A stretch of DNA of 64,000 nt. Source: Candidatus Cybelea sp. (GTDB lineage Bacteria > Acidobacteriota > Terriglobia > Acidiferrales > UBA7541). Made by a program: the position numbers and the translations under genes. The stretch spans positions 29,826 through 93,825 of the forward strand of contig DATKHV010000099.1 in assembly GCA_035510055.1 (NCBI GenBank). The letters run 5' to 3'. Below the pieces are notes generated by a model. That model had not been told where the DNA came from. It did no database searches and saw nothing but the letters and a program-made list of their open reading frames with translations. This document shows, in pieces, positions 1 to 9,047 of this stretch; position 1 is the stretch's first letter; each line of letters starts with the position of its first letter.

Positions 1-1028
1 ACGGAAGTGGCGTGCGCCCGGCGCGGCATCATGTCATGCAGAACGGCGGTGACCGGTCCGTGATACCAGGACATAAAAAAGAAGGCGATGGCGAGACCGA
101 TGAGGACAATCGGTTTTTCTTCCGACTGAATGGCCACCAACAGGCAGGGCGCCGCCAGCAGAAATGCCGCTACGACAGCAATGATCCGCCCGTAGGACAA
201 GGTCCGATGCAAGCGATCGGCCACGAACCCGCCGGTCAGAACGCCTAAAAGCGCCGATGATAGGCCGATAACTGCGAGTGACACGGAAGCTTCCCGCAAA
301 CTAAAGTCCTTGTAGTTGACGGCGAAGTCCGTGCTCCACGTCAGCAACGAGACACTGGAAAAAGTGATGCAAATCCCGGCGCAAATCATGGCCACAAATG
401 CGGGCACCTGCAAAAGCCTTCCGATCGGCACCACTTCCGAACGCGGTCCGCGCGGCGGCTCCTCAATCCAGAAAAGCGCGATCCCCGGTAAAATCCCAGC
501 GAGAGCCACGATGAAAAGTGCTTCTTGCCATCCGTATCTCGGCCCAATGATGCCGCCCGCGACGTGCCCGGCCGCGCCTCCCAGCAGCATGCCCACCGCA
601 AAAATAGCTTGCGCGACGGCTCGGCGTTCCTGCGGGAAAGCCCCGGAAATCATGGATTGCGCCGCGGGTGCGTACGCTGCTTCGCCAAGTCCGACAACGG
701 ACCTGGCAATCAGGAAAAAGAGAAAACTGGAGGCCAGACCTCCGGCAAAGGTCGCGACGCTCCAGAATAGGATTCCGATGCCAATGATGGTTTTGCGGCT
801 GAAACGATCCGCCAGGAACCCCAAGGGGATGCTGCCGGCCGCGAGAACCAGCAAAAGAAACGTCTGCAGCGAGCCCAGTTCCGCGTCTGTAACATGAAGA
901 TGTTCACGCAAAAGCGGAATCAGCGGCACGAAGACCTGCCGCGCGGCGAAGTTGACAAAATTGATCAAAGCAAGTACAGCAAGGAGACGAATCTGGTAGC
1001 TAGTAAGCGGAATGGACTTCGTCGGCAT
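1..1028 (-). CDS. MFS transporter (C-terminal part lies beyond the window start)
   Basis: Absent from the ORF track because it runs off the window. My translation of the minus strand from ATG (plus-strand CAT at 1026-1028) reads MPTKSIPLTSYQIRLLAVLALINFVNFAARQVFVPLIPLL...GSIPLGFLADRFSRKTIIGIGILFWS...VVGLGEAAYAPAAQSMISGAFP... and stays open to position 1. It has an MFS motif-A-like GxLADRxxRK and repeated hydrophobic helices. Confidence 0.8.
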   Translation of the reverse strand, partial: MPTKSIPLTSYQIRLLAVLALINFVNFAARQVFVPLIPLLREHLHVTDAELGSLQTFLLLVLAAGSIPLGFLADRFSRKTIIGIGILFWSVATFAGGLASSFLFFLIARSVVGLGEAAYAPAAQSMISGAFPQERRAVAQAIFAVGMLLGGAAGHVAGGIIGPRYGWQEALFIVALAGILPGIALFWIEEPPRGPRSEVVPIGRLLQVPAFVAMICAGICITFSSVSLLTWSTDFAVNYKDFSLREASVSLAVIGLSSALLGVLTGGFVADRLHRTLSYGRIIAVVAAFLLAAPCLLVAIQSEEKPIVLIGLAIAFFFMSWYHGPVTAVLHDMMPRRAHATS

Positions 1029-1119
1029 GGTGAATTAGCTCGATGACCCGTGCGACCTGGTGGAGCTTCGACGAGAAACTATCAACCTTCGCTCGGCCTA
1101 TCAACAGTATATTACTTCC

Positions 1120-2181
1120 ATGAGCGCTGCCCCTTCCACCAACGCGACCACCAGTGACCGTCTAACCACCGTTCTTTCTTACGGTGTCCTGCTGCTGCTC
1201 ATCTACCTTGTCTTCCGGATCTACGAACCGTTCCTCGCGGCGCTAGGATGGGCCGCCATTCTGGTGATCTTTTTCTATCCCATGCACGACAAGCTGGCGG
1301 CCAAACTCTCCGCCAGGCGCGCCGCGCTTTTCAGCACGCTGGCGGTCACCATCCTGCTCATCGTGCCGGCCATTCTGGTTACCACTCTTTTCGTGCGCGA
1401 GGCAGTTTCGATTTCCCGCGGCGTGCAGCATTCCATCGTGGAAGAACGCGCGCCCATGGTGGCGAAGAAATGGGCGTGGATCGCCGAGCACGTTCCGGGA
1501 CTCGATCCCAACGCCAAAGTTACGGAAATGGTCGAGCAGGGCGTCCAAAAAGAGGCGGGCTTTCTCGCCCAGCGGCTCGGCACCATCCTCGGCAATATCG
1601 CGGCTTTCCTCTTCGATCTATTCGTGATGATCTTCGCGATGTTTTATTTTTTCCGCGACGCGGACCAATACATCCACGGAATTCGCAGCGTTCTGCCGTT
1701 TGATGCCGAGCATCGAGACGTTATGATGAAGCAAACGCGCGACCTTATCTCTGCGAGCGTCACCACCAGTTTAGTCCTCGCGGCGCTTCAAGGCGTCATC
1801 GGCGGACTGGGATTTTTGCTCGTCAAGTTGCCGGCGCCTCTTTTCTGGGGCGTAGCCATGGCCTTCTTTTCGCTTGTCCCAGTTGTCGGCTCCGGCTTGA
1901 TCTTCGTTCCGGCGGTGTTGTGGCTCGGGTTCACGGGACACTGGGGACTGGCTATTCTCCTGCTGGTCATTTGTGCCGGTGTTTCCGCCATCGTCGACAA
2001 CCTTCTTCGCCCGCTGCTGCTCGGCGGACGAACGGAATTAAGCGGCTTGGTCATCTTTATCAGTGTAGTTGGCGGCGTCGGCTTGTTTGGAATGCTAGGC
2101 CTGGTCCTAGGGCCAATCCTGGTCGCCACGGCCGCCGGAGTCCTGGCCGTCTACATGGAACGGCCCATAACGGCTCGATAA
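1120..2181 (+). CDS. AI-2E family (PerM/UPF0118-like) transporter
   Basis: Track ORF 1060..2181 starts at GTG. The ATG at 1120 (MSAAPSTN...) is preferred. The product is a multi-helix membrane protein, and its C-terminal FFSLVPVVGSGLIFVPAVLWL...LLRPLLLG pattern is typical of the family (recognised from memory). It is divergent from the MFS gene. Confidence 0.75.
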   Translation: MSAAPSTNATTSDRLTTVLSYGVLLLLIYLVFRIYEPFLAALGWAAILVIFFYPMHDKLAAKLSARRAALFSTLAVTILLIVPAILVTTLFVREAVSISRGVQHSIVEERAPMVAKKWAWIAEHVPGLDPNAKVTEMVEQGVQKEAGFLAQRLGTILGNIAAFLFDLFVMIFAMFYFFRDADQYIHGIRSVLPFDAEHRDVMMKQTRDLISASVTTSLVLAALQGVIGGLGFLLVKLPAPLFWGVAMAFFSLVPVVGSGLIFVPAVLWLGFTGHWGLAILLLVICAGVSAIVDNLLRPLLLGGRTELSGLVIFISVVGGVGLFGMLGLVLGPILVATAAGVLAVYMERPITAR

Positions 2182-2248
2182 CACGTCCATGGTCTCGCCG
2201 TGGGCGCGCCACTTGTTTGTGCTAGAGTAACGCGCTCGAAGGAAAGTC

Positions 2249-4699
2249 ATGACCACCAAACCTGCCCCGAAACACACGGAACTCCCCGCCGCGAAACTGC
2301 GCTGGAGGTGCGAACTCTCGCGCATCCCCTTTGAAACAACGGCGCAAGCCGAGCCGCGCGAAGGTTTCATCGGTCAGGAGCGCGCTCTGCGCGCATTGAA
2401 GATGGGCGCAGAGCTTTCGGCGCCCGGCTACAACGTTTTTGTTTGCGGATTGGCTGGCACCAGCCGCGGTGGAACCATTGCCCGCATGATCGAAGAGCTT
2501 CACCCTCCTACCAAGGAATCCCTCGACCGCTGCTACGTCAATAATTTCAAATTGGCCGACCGCCCGCGCTTACTGACTCTCCCCCGCGGCCAAGCCAACG
2601 GTTTCAAGAAAGACATGCAAGCGGGCATCGACTTTCTCCGCCGGCGGATTCCGCAGGTTTTCGAAGGCGAGCCCTTCCAGCGCCAAAAAAGCCGCATCGT
2701 CGAACGCTTCACCGTGCGTGAAAAAGAATTGATGGATGACTTTACCCGCCGCATCGCCCGCGAACAATTCGCCCTTGGCCACATGCAGGTCGGCGCCGTG
2801 GCCCTGCCGGAAATCTTCCCCGTCCTGGAAGGCCAGATGGTGCCCATCGAGGACATCTCCAAGATGGTCCACGAAGGCAAACTAGAAAGCCCCATCGCCG
2901 AAGATATCGAACGAAAGTATGAGCAGTTTCGCCAGGAATTTACCGTGGTCTACCGGAAAACGCTCACGCTCTCCCGCGAACTGGCTAGCGAGCTGAGCTA
3001 CCTCGAGCAGGAAGCCGCTTCCGTCCTGGTCGATGGCGTCATCGAAGAGCTCAAGGAAAAATATCCCGGTGGCAGTGTCGCGGAATATCTGGAAGAGGTA
3101 CGCCACCACCTCCTCGACAACCTCGACCCCTTCAAAGAGCGGGAGGGCGAAGGCGAACATGACGAAGAAACTCCTGACGGCCTTCCCAAGCCGCAAGCCG
3201 GCCCGGAGCGCGATCCCTTCCGCGTGTACGGTGTGAACGTGATTCTCGCGCACGACAACGATGACAAATCACCGGTTATTTTCGAGACCACGCCCACTTA
3301 TGCCAATCTCTTTGGCACCATCCAGCGCGCCTATGACACGCGCGGCGGCTGGACCAGTGACTTCATGGACCTGCGCGGCGGTTCGCTCCTCCGTGCCGAT
3401 GGCGGTTTCTTGATTATGTATTCGCTCGAGGCGCTCTCGGAAGTCGGCGTGTGGCGCGCCCTGAAGCGCACGCTCAACCACAACCGGCTGGAAATTCAGC
3501 CGCTAGAAATGTTTTATCCTTTCGGTGGCAGCGCGCAAAAACCGGAAGCCATCGACATCAACGTAAAAGTCATTCTCATCGGCGACCGCTCTTTGTACGA
3601 ACTGCTTTACGAGTACGAAGAAGATTTCCGCAAAATCTTCAAAGTGCGCGTGGAGTTCGACGAAGAAATGGCCATGAGCGACGGCGTCATCGCGGAATAC
3701 GCTGGACGCCTCCGCGCGCTTTCCGAAAAAGAAAATCTTTACCCGTTTGACCGCGGCGCCTTCGCCGCCATGCTCGAATACGGCGTGCGCCAGGCAGGGC
3801 GAAGAAATAAGGTGACGGCGCGTTTCATCGATATTGCCGACCTCGCCCGCGAAGCGCATTACGCCGCCGCTGCCGCCGGCGAATCCGTTGTCCGCGCTGC
3901 CCATGTGCGCGGAGCATTGTCCTCGAAAATGGAACGCCACAACCTGATCGAGACGCGCATCCGTGAAATGATTCAAGAAGGAACTCTGCTCGTGGATGTG
4001 GAAGGCACATCCGTCGGCCAGGTGAATGGCCTGAGCGTCCTCGAGATCGGCGGCTACTCGTTCGGCAAGCCCGTGCGCATCACCGCCACGGCCGCCCTTG
4101 GCAAAGCGGGCTTGATCAATATCGAGCGGGAAGCCAATCTCAGCGGTCGCTTCCACGACAAGGGCATGCACATCATCGCCGGCTACCTGCGAAGCCAGTT
4201 CGCTCAGGATAAGCCCCTCTCGCTCGCCGCCAGCATCTGCTTCGAGCAATCCTACTCCGGGGTCGATGGTGACAGCGCCAGTTCCACGGAGATCTACGCG
4301 CTGGCCTCCGCCCTTTCCGGCTTGCCGCTCCGTCAAGACATTGCCGTAACCGGCTCGATCAACCAGCAGGGCGATATTCAAGCCATCGGCGGCGTAAACG
4401 AAAAAATCGAAGGCTTCTTTGACGTTTGCCGCATCAAAGGTCTCACCGGCACGCAAGGCGTGATGATGCCCGAATCCAACGTGGAAGACTTGATGCTCCG
4501 CGAAGATATTCTCGAAGCCGTGACCGCGGGCAAGTTTCACATCTGGCCGGTGTCCAAGGTCGAACATGGCATCGAGATCCTCACGCAAACAGCAGCGGGC
4601 CGCAAAAATGGCGACGGGAAATTTGAACCTGGCACCGTCTTCGCTTTGATGGACGAACGCCTCCACGCCATGGCCAAGACTTTGAAAGAATTCGAATAG
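2249..4699 (+). CDS. Lon-like (LonB/LonC-type) serine protease with AAA-like N-terminal region
   Basis: 816-aa ORF. The C-terminal Lon proteolytic domain has a Ser-Lys dyad context (SGVDGDSASSTEIYALASAL ... GGVNEKIEGFF). The N-terminal region resembles the AAA_32-type domain, but the P-loop position reads GLAGTSRG and has no Lys. Confidence 0.85.
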   Translation: MTTKPAPKHTELPAAKLRWRCELSRIPFETTAQAEPREGFIGQERALRALKMGAELSAPGYNVFVCGLAGTSRGGTIARMIEELHPPTKESLDRCYVNNFKLADRPRLLTLPRGQANGFKKDMQAGIDFLRRRIPQVFEGEPFQRQKSRIVERFTVREKELMDDFTRRIAREQFALGHMQVGAVALPEIFPVLEGQMVPIEDISKMVHEGKLESPIAEDIERKYEQFRQEFTVVYRKTLTLSRELASELSYLEQEAASVLVDGVIEELKEKYPGGSVAEYLEEVRHHLLDNLDPFKEREGEGEHDEETPDGLPKPQAGPERDPFRVYGVNVILAHDNDDKSPVIFETTPTYANLFGTIQRAYDTRGGWTSDFMDLRGGSLLRADGGFLIMYSLEALSEVGVWRALKRTLNHNRLEIQPLEMFYPFGGSAQKPEAIDINVKVILIGDRSLYELLYEYEEDFRKIFKVRVEFDEEMAMSDGVIAEYAGRLRALSEKENLYPFDRGAFAAMLEYGVRQAGRRNKVTARFIDIADLAREAHYAAAAAGESVVRAAHVRGALSSKMERHNLIETRIREMIQEGTLLVDVEGTSVGQVNGLSVLEIGGYSFGKPVRITATAALGKAGLINIEREANLSGRFHDKGMHIIAGYLRSQFAQDKPLSLAASICFEQSYSGVDGDSASSTEIYALASALSGLPLRQDIAVTGSINQQGDIQAIGGVNEKIEGFFDVCRIKGLTGTQGVMMPESNVEDLMLREDILEAVTAGKFHIWPVSKVEHGIEILTQTAAGRKNGDGKFEPGTVFALMDERLHAMAKTLKEFE

Positions 4700-4718
4700 T
4701 CCGGACAACCCCTTTTGC

Positions 4719-4748
4719 CTGAACGCTACGCGTTTCAGATCTTTTTCT
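4719..4748 (+). terminator. Candidate rho-independent terminator after the Lon-like gene
   Basis: Stem ctgaacgc / gcgtttcag (one bulge) at 4719-4738, followed by atctttttct. Confidence 0.45.
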
Positions 4749-4760
4749 CCGAGGTGCCAC

Positions 4761-7700
4761 ATGATGCGATGGAATGGTCTCCTGAAAATTACATTTGCGC
4801 TCCTGTGCGTCTTTCCTGCCGCTCGTTTTAGCAAAGCGCAGCAAGTTCCCGAGAGCACCTACCAGGAGATGCGCTGGCGCATGATCGGCCCGACGCGCGG
4901 CGGCCGTACTCGCGCCGCTTGCGGCGTGGCTAGTCAGCCGAATGTCTTCTATTTGGGCGCGGTCAATGGTGGCGTCTGGAAGTCCGACGATTTTGGCCGC
5001 ACCTGGACGCCCATCTTTGACTCGCAGTCCACGCAATCCATCGGCGCCATCGCCGTCGCTGTTTCCGATCCAAACATCGTTTACGTTTCGAGCGGCGAAG
5101 GCCTTGCGCGTCCCGATCTTTCCGTGGGCGATGGAATTTACAAGTCCAGCGATGCCGGCAAGACGTGGACGCACCTCGGCCTACAGAATGGGCAGGGAAT
5201 TCCTGCTCTGGCCGTCGATCCCCGCGACCCCAACCGCGTTTTTGCCGCCGTGCTCGGTCATCCCTATGGCCCGAACGACGAGCGCGGCATCTTTCTTTCC
5301 ACCGATGGCGGTCAGAATTGGCAAAAGGTGCTCTACAAGAGCGAGAACATCGGCGGTTCCGACGTGGAAATCGACCCCGCCAATCCCGATATCGTTTACG
5401 CCTCGTTGTGGGAAGTCCGTCTCGGCCCTTGGGAGGACGCAAATCAATACAGCGGCACTGGAGGCGGACTCTTCAAGTCCACCGACGGCGGCCAGACGTG
5501 GCACCCGCTGACAAATGGTTTGCCGAAGGGCATTATCCAAATTGACGTAGCCATTGCAGCCAGCCAGACCAGCCGTCTCTACGCCACCGTTGCGAGCGAG
5601 CGCGCCGACAATTCCCCTGGCTCCGAGGTCGGCATCTATCGTTCCGAGGATGCGGGCGAGCACTGGCAACGCATCACCACCGACACCAGGCCTGCGCTGC
5701 GCATCGGCGGCGGCGATCTCCCAGTCCCCCAAGTGGATCCGAAAAATCCCGACGTCGTCTACACCGCGAGCATCGTCACGATGAAATCCTCCGACGGCGG
5801 CAAAACCTGGCTGAGCCTCCGCGGCGCACCAGGCGGCGACGATTATCAAAACCTTTGGATTAATCCGAACTACCCGAGCATCATTCTGCTGTCAAGCGAT
5901 CAGGGCGCGCTCGTCACCGTCAATGGCGGCAAAACTTGGAGTTCCTGGTACAACCAAGCTACTGCCCAGCTCTATCATGTCCAGACCAGCTATTCGTTTC
6001 CCTATCTGGTTTGCAGCGGCCAGCAGGACAGTGGCTCCGTCTGCGTTTCGAGCCGCGGTAACGACGGTGAAATTACCTTTCGCGACTGGCATCCCGTTGG
6101 CGTGATTGAGTACGGTTACGCCGCGCCTGATCCCCTGAATCCAGACATTATTTATGGCGCCGGCCGCCGCGAAGTCTCGAAATATTCGCTTACCACCGGC
6201 CAGGTACAAAATGTTTCGCCCATTCCTCTCGCCGATCCTAAGTACCGCGCCGATCGCACTCAGCCCATTCTATTTTCGCCGGTCGATCCCCAGGTCTTGT
6301 ACTACGCCGCGAATTTTGTCTTCAAAACAACCGACGGAGGACAGACCTGGCAAACCATCAGCGGGGACCTCGCGCGCGAGCATTCCGGCATACCCGCAAG
6401 CCTCGGCAACACCGCCAGCAAAGACGCCAACGCCGACAAGCAACGTGGCGTCATCTACGCGCTTGCTCCGTCGTTCAAGAGCTTGAAGACTCTGTGGGCT
6501 GGAACGGATGACGGTCTGATCTGGACCACGCACGACGGCGGCGCCAATTGGAAAAATGTCACCCCGCCCGAACTTACTCCGTGGAGCAAAGTCACGCAAA
6601 TCGTCGTGTCACACTTCGACGACGAATCTGCCTACGCTTCGGTGAGCCGTTTTCGCATCGATGATCTTCATCCTTACATTTATCGCACCCATGACGACGG
6701 CCAGACCTGGCGCCTGATCACCAACGGCCTGCCCGACGACGTTCCCGTCGACACCGTGCGCGAAGATCCCATCCGCAAGGGTCTTTTGTTCGCCGGCACC
6801 GAAACGAGTGTGTGGGTCTCGTTCGACGACGGCGGCCACTGGCAGACTCTGCAACTCAATCTCCCGCACACTTCGATGCGCGATTTGTGGATTCACGACG
6901 ATGACCTGATCGTCGCCACTCATGGTCGCTCCTTCTGGATTCTCGACGACATCACGCCGCTCCGCCAGATCAATGGAAAAATGCAGAACGCCGAAGCCTT
7001 GATCTTCAAACCTGGTGTCGCTTACCGCGTCCGTCGCAGCACCAATCCGGATACGCCCATCCCCCCGGATGAGCCCACCGCCCAGAATCCTCCCGATGGC
7101 GCGGTGCTGGATTACTTCCTAGCGCGACCGGCTAATGGTCCCGTGTCACTCGAGATCCGCGATGCGCAAGGCAAACTCGTGCGCAGCTACGCCAGCACCG
7201 ACAAGCCCGGGGCGACCGAGGAAGAACTTGCCAAACAGCTGATTCCGACCTACTGGATTCAGAAACCCCAGGTGCTTTCGACCAGTGCGGGAATGCACCG
7301 GTGGGTTTGGGATCTCCGCTACGCCACCCCCAACTCCCCGCGCTACGACTATCCCATTTCCGCGGTTCCCGGCGACACGCCGCAAGTTCCTCAGGGTCCG
7401 CTGGCCTTGCCCGCACAATACACCGTGAAGCTTACGGTAAATGGTCACATCTATTCCGAGCCGCTCACTGTGAAAATGGACCCGCGCGTCAAGACCCCTG
7501 CCGCGGGCCTCGCGCAAATGTTTCAAATCGAGTCGCGCCTCGCGGCCATGATGAAGGAGAGTTCAGAAGCCTTGGCGGAAGCTCGCTCGGCGCGCGAGCA
7601 GTTGCAGAAGCAAGCCCAACAAGCAAGTGGAGCGGTAGCCGATGCGATCTCCGCCTTCGAAAAAAAGCTAGCCGCTGTTCTTGGCGGTGGCGGCGGAGGG

Positions 7701-7982
7701 CCACGCGGAGTCGCCTCGCCCGTCCCAACCATCAGCAGCGTAAGCGGTGAAATCGCCGCGCTTTACGGTGAAGTGGGCCGTGCCGACGCGACGCCGACGG
7801 TCGCCGAAGGAAACGCCATGACCGAAACCGAGAAGACTTTCTCAGCGATCATGAAGCAGTGGGCCACGCTGAAAGCCAGCGACCTGACCGCTTTGAACCA
7901 GCGGCTCCGCGGAACAAACCTCCCGGAGATTCGCTTCGAATCCCGTGCGCCAAAGCCGGACGCCGCCGAAAATATCGAATGA
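4761..7982 (+). CDS. Secreted BNR/Asp-box repeat protein (sortilin/VPS10-like beta-propellers)
   Basis: 1073-aa ORF with an N-terminal signal-like segment (LLKITFALLCVFPAARFSKAQ). It carries at least 10 Asp-box motifs SxDxGxTW, including SDDFGRTW, SSDAGKTW, STDGGQNW, STDGGQTW, SEDAGEHW, SSDGGKTW, TTDGGQTW, THDGGANW, THDDGQTW and SFDDGGHW. Confidence 0.85.
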   Translation: MMRWNGLLKITFALLCVFPAARFSKAQQVPESTYQEMRWRMIGPTRGGRTRAACGVASQPNVFYLGAVNGGVWKSDDFGRTWTPIFDSQSTQSIGAIAVAVSDPNIVYVSSGEGLARPDLSVGDGIYKSSDAGKTWTHLGLQNGQGIPALAVDPRDPNRVFAAVLGHPYGPNDERGIFLSTDGGQNWQKVLYKSENIGGSDVEIDPANPDIVYASLWEVRLGPWEDANQYSGTGGGLFKSTDGGQTWHPLTNGLPKGIIQIDVAIAASQTSRLYATVASERADNSPGSEVGIYRSEDAGEHWQRITTDTRPALRIGGGDLPVPQVDPKNPDVVYTASIVTMKSSDGGKTWLSLRGAPGGDDYQNLWINPNYPSIILLSSDQGALVTVNGGKTWSSWYNQATAQLYHVQTSYSFPYLVCSGQQDSGSVCVSSRGNDGEITFRDWHPVGVIEYGYAAPDPLNPDIIYGAGRREVSKYSLTTGQVQNVSPIPLADPKYRADRTQPILFSPVDPQVLYYAANFVFKTTDGGQTWQTISGDLAREHSGIPASLGNTASKDANADKQRGVIYALAPSFKSLKTLWAGTDDGLIWTTHDGGANWKNVTPPELTPWSKVTQIVVSHFDDESAYASVSRFRIDDLHPYIYRTHDDGQTWRLITNGLPDDVPVDTVREDPIRKGLLFAGTETSVWVSFDDGGHWQTLQLNLPHTSMRDLWIHDDDLIVATHGRSFWILDDITPLRQINGKMQNAEALIFKPGVAYRVRRSTNPDTPIPPDEPTAQNPPDGAVLDYFLARPANGPVSLEIRDAQGKLVRSYASTDKPGATEEELAKQLIPTYWIQKPQVLSTSAGMHRWVWDLRYATPNSPRYDYPISAVPGDTPQVPQGPLALPAQYTVKLTVNGHIYSEPLTVKMDPRVKTPAAGLAQMFQIESRLAAMMKESSEALAEARSAREQLQKQAQQASGAVADAISAFEKKLAAVLGGGGGGPRGVASPVPTISSVSGEIAALYGEVGRADATPTVAEGNAMTETEKTFSAIMKQWATLKASDLTALNQRLRGTNLPEIRFESRAPKPDAAENIE

Positions 7983-8062
7983 AGCTTTCTAGGCTCACAA
8001 GCAAATTCAGGTAGTAAGGGAATGCGGCACTCCGCGTGAAGGCCAACTCACAAGCCGAGTCG

Positions 8063-9040
8063 CTACCGGGGCGGAGGCGCGAGGTAGGCCTGGCGATGAT
8101 CCACGCGGCACGAGAAGCGCTTCACTTTGACTTGAATCGCGTGAACCTGGCCATCGTCGGCAGGTGGGGTAAATGCAATGCTGTACTCATGGCGGACGAG
8201 TTGCGCGATTTCAGAGTACGCGCGGTCGAAGGCCTTCTCATTTTTCGGTAGGTAGACACGTCCACCGGTCGCCAATGAAAGCTCATGCAACGCTTGGTCG
8301 CCTCCAGCGAAGACCTGCTTCAACCAAACACGATCCTCGCGCTCCTGCGGGGAGAGTTTCCTCCACTTTGGATACTTCCGGAAGTCGCCGGAAAGCGAGA
8401 CCGCCAGAATGCGAACATCGGAAGTCCTGAGTTTTAGCTGAATCGTTTGCCACATTGACGGCGAGGTAGTATCGACACCGGTCGAAAGGGCAACAACCGT
8501 TTTCTTCCCCGGCGACTGAGCGAGCCAGTCGATGGCCGACGCAAGGCTGGAAGACAGGTTCAACTGGCCATAACCAGCTATGAAATTCAAATTTTGTAGC
8601 GCCAAGCGGGCCATCGTTTTGTCCGGGGTAAAATCGAAGAGCAGTTCCGGATTTTTCGAATAGCTTGCAATGGCCACGCGGTCGCCGGGAGAAAGACTGT
8701 TCAAAAGGGTGTCCGCAGCATGTATGTGGCTCTTCCCCAGAAAAAGAACGGCGGGACCAGATTCGATAAGAAGGAGAACTTGCGCTGGTTCGTCAATCGA
8801 AAGAAATCCGGTGATGGGTTGCTCGACGCCATTGTCGAAGGCGCGGAAATCCTCGCGACGCAGACCCTCGACGAAGTGCCCGCTGGCGTCGGTAACAATG
8901 ACACCTACGTTGACCCGCGCAACGTTGACCTGAATCGCTGGTGTTGGCTCTTGCGGAGTTTCCTGAGCTTCGGCATGAGAACACCAGCATAGCGCGGCGG
9001 GCACCAGCAGCGCGGCAGCAAGAAAACGATAAAAGTTCAT
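8063..9040 (-). CDS. Secreted VWA-like protein (acidobacterial VWFA-related type) with degenerate MIDAS
   Basis: The track ORF starts at 9100. The ATG at 9040 (MNFYRFLAAALLVPAALCWCSHAEAQ, a signal peptide) is preferred because it has a GGAG RBS and lies 7 nt after the upstream stop. The layout is VWA-like (VLLLIESGPAV ... DRVAIASYS ... VVALSTGVD), but the DxSxS positions read E/G/A. Confidence 0.55.
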   Translation of the reverse strand: MNFYRFLAAALLVPAALCWCSHAEAQETPQEPTPAIQVNVARVNVGVIVTDASGHFVEGLRREDFRAFDNGVEQPITGFLSIDEPAQVLLLIESGPAVLFLGKSHIHAADTLLNSLSPGDRVAIASYSKNPELLFDFTPDKTMARLALQNLNFIAGYGQLNLSSSLASAIDWLAQSPGKKTVVALSTGVDTTSPSMWQTIQLKLRTSDVRILAVSLSGDFRKYPKWRKLSPQEREDRVWLKQVFAGGDQALHELSLATGGRVYLPKNEKAFDRAYSEIAQLVRHEYSIAFTPPADDGQVHAIQVKVKRFSCRVDHRQAYLAPPPR

Positions 9041-9047
9041 CACTCCT

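Noticed and set aside
3503-4858. 451-aa minus-strand ORF antisense to the Lon-like protease gene
   Set aside because: It is a shadow ORF. It has no recognisable motifs, and the + strand frame has clear Lon protease signatures.
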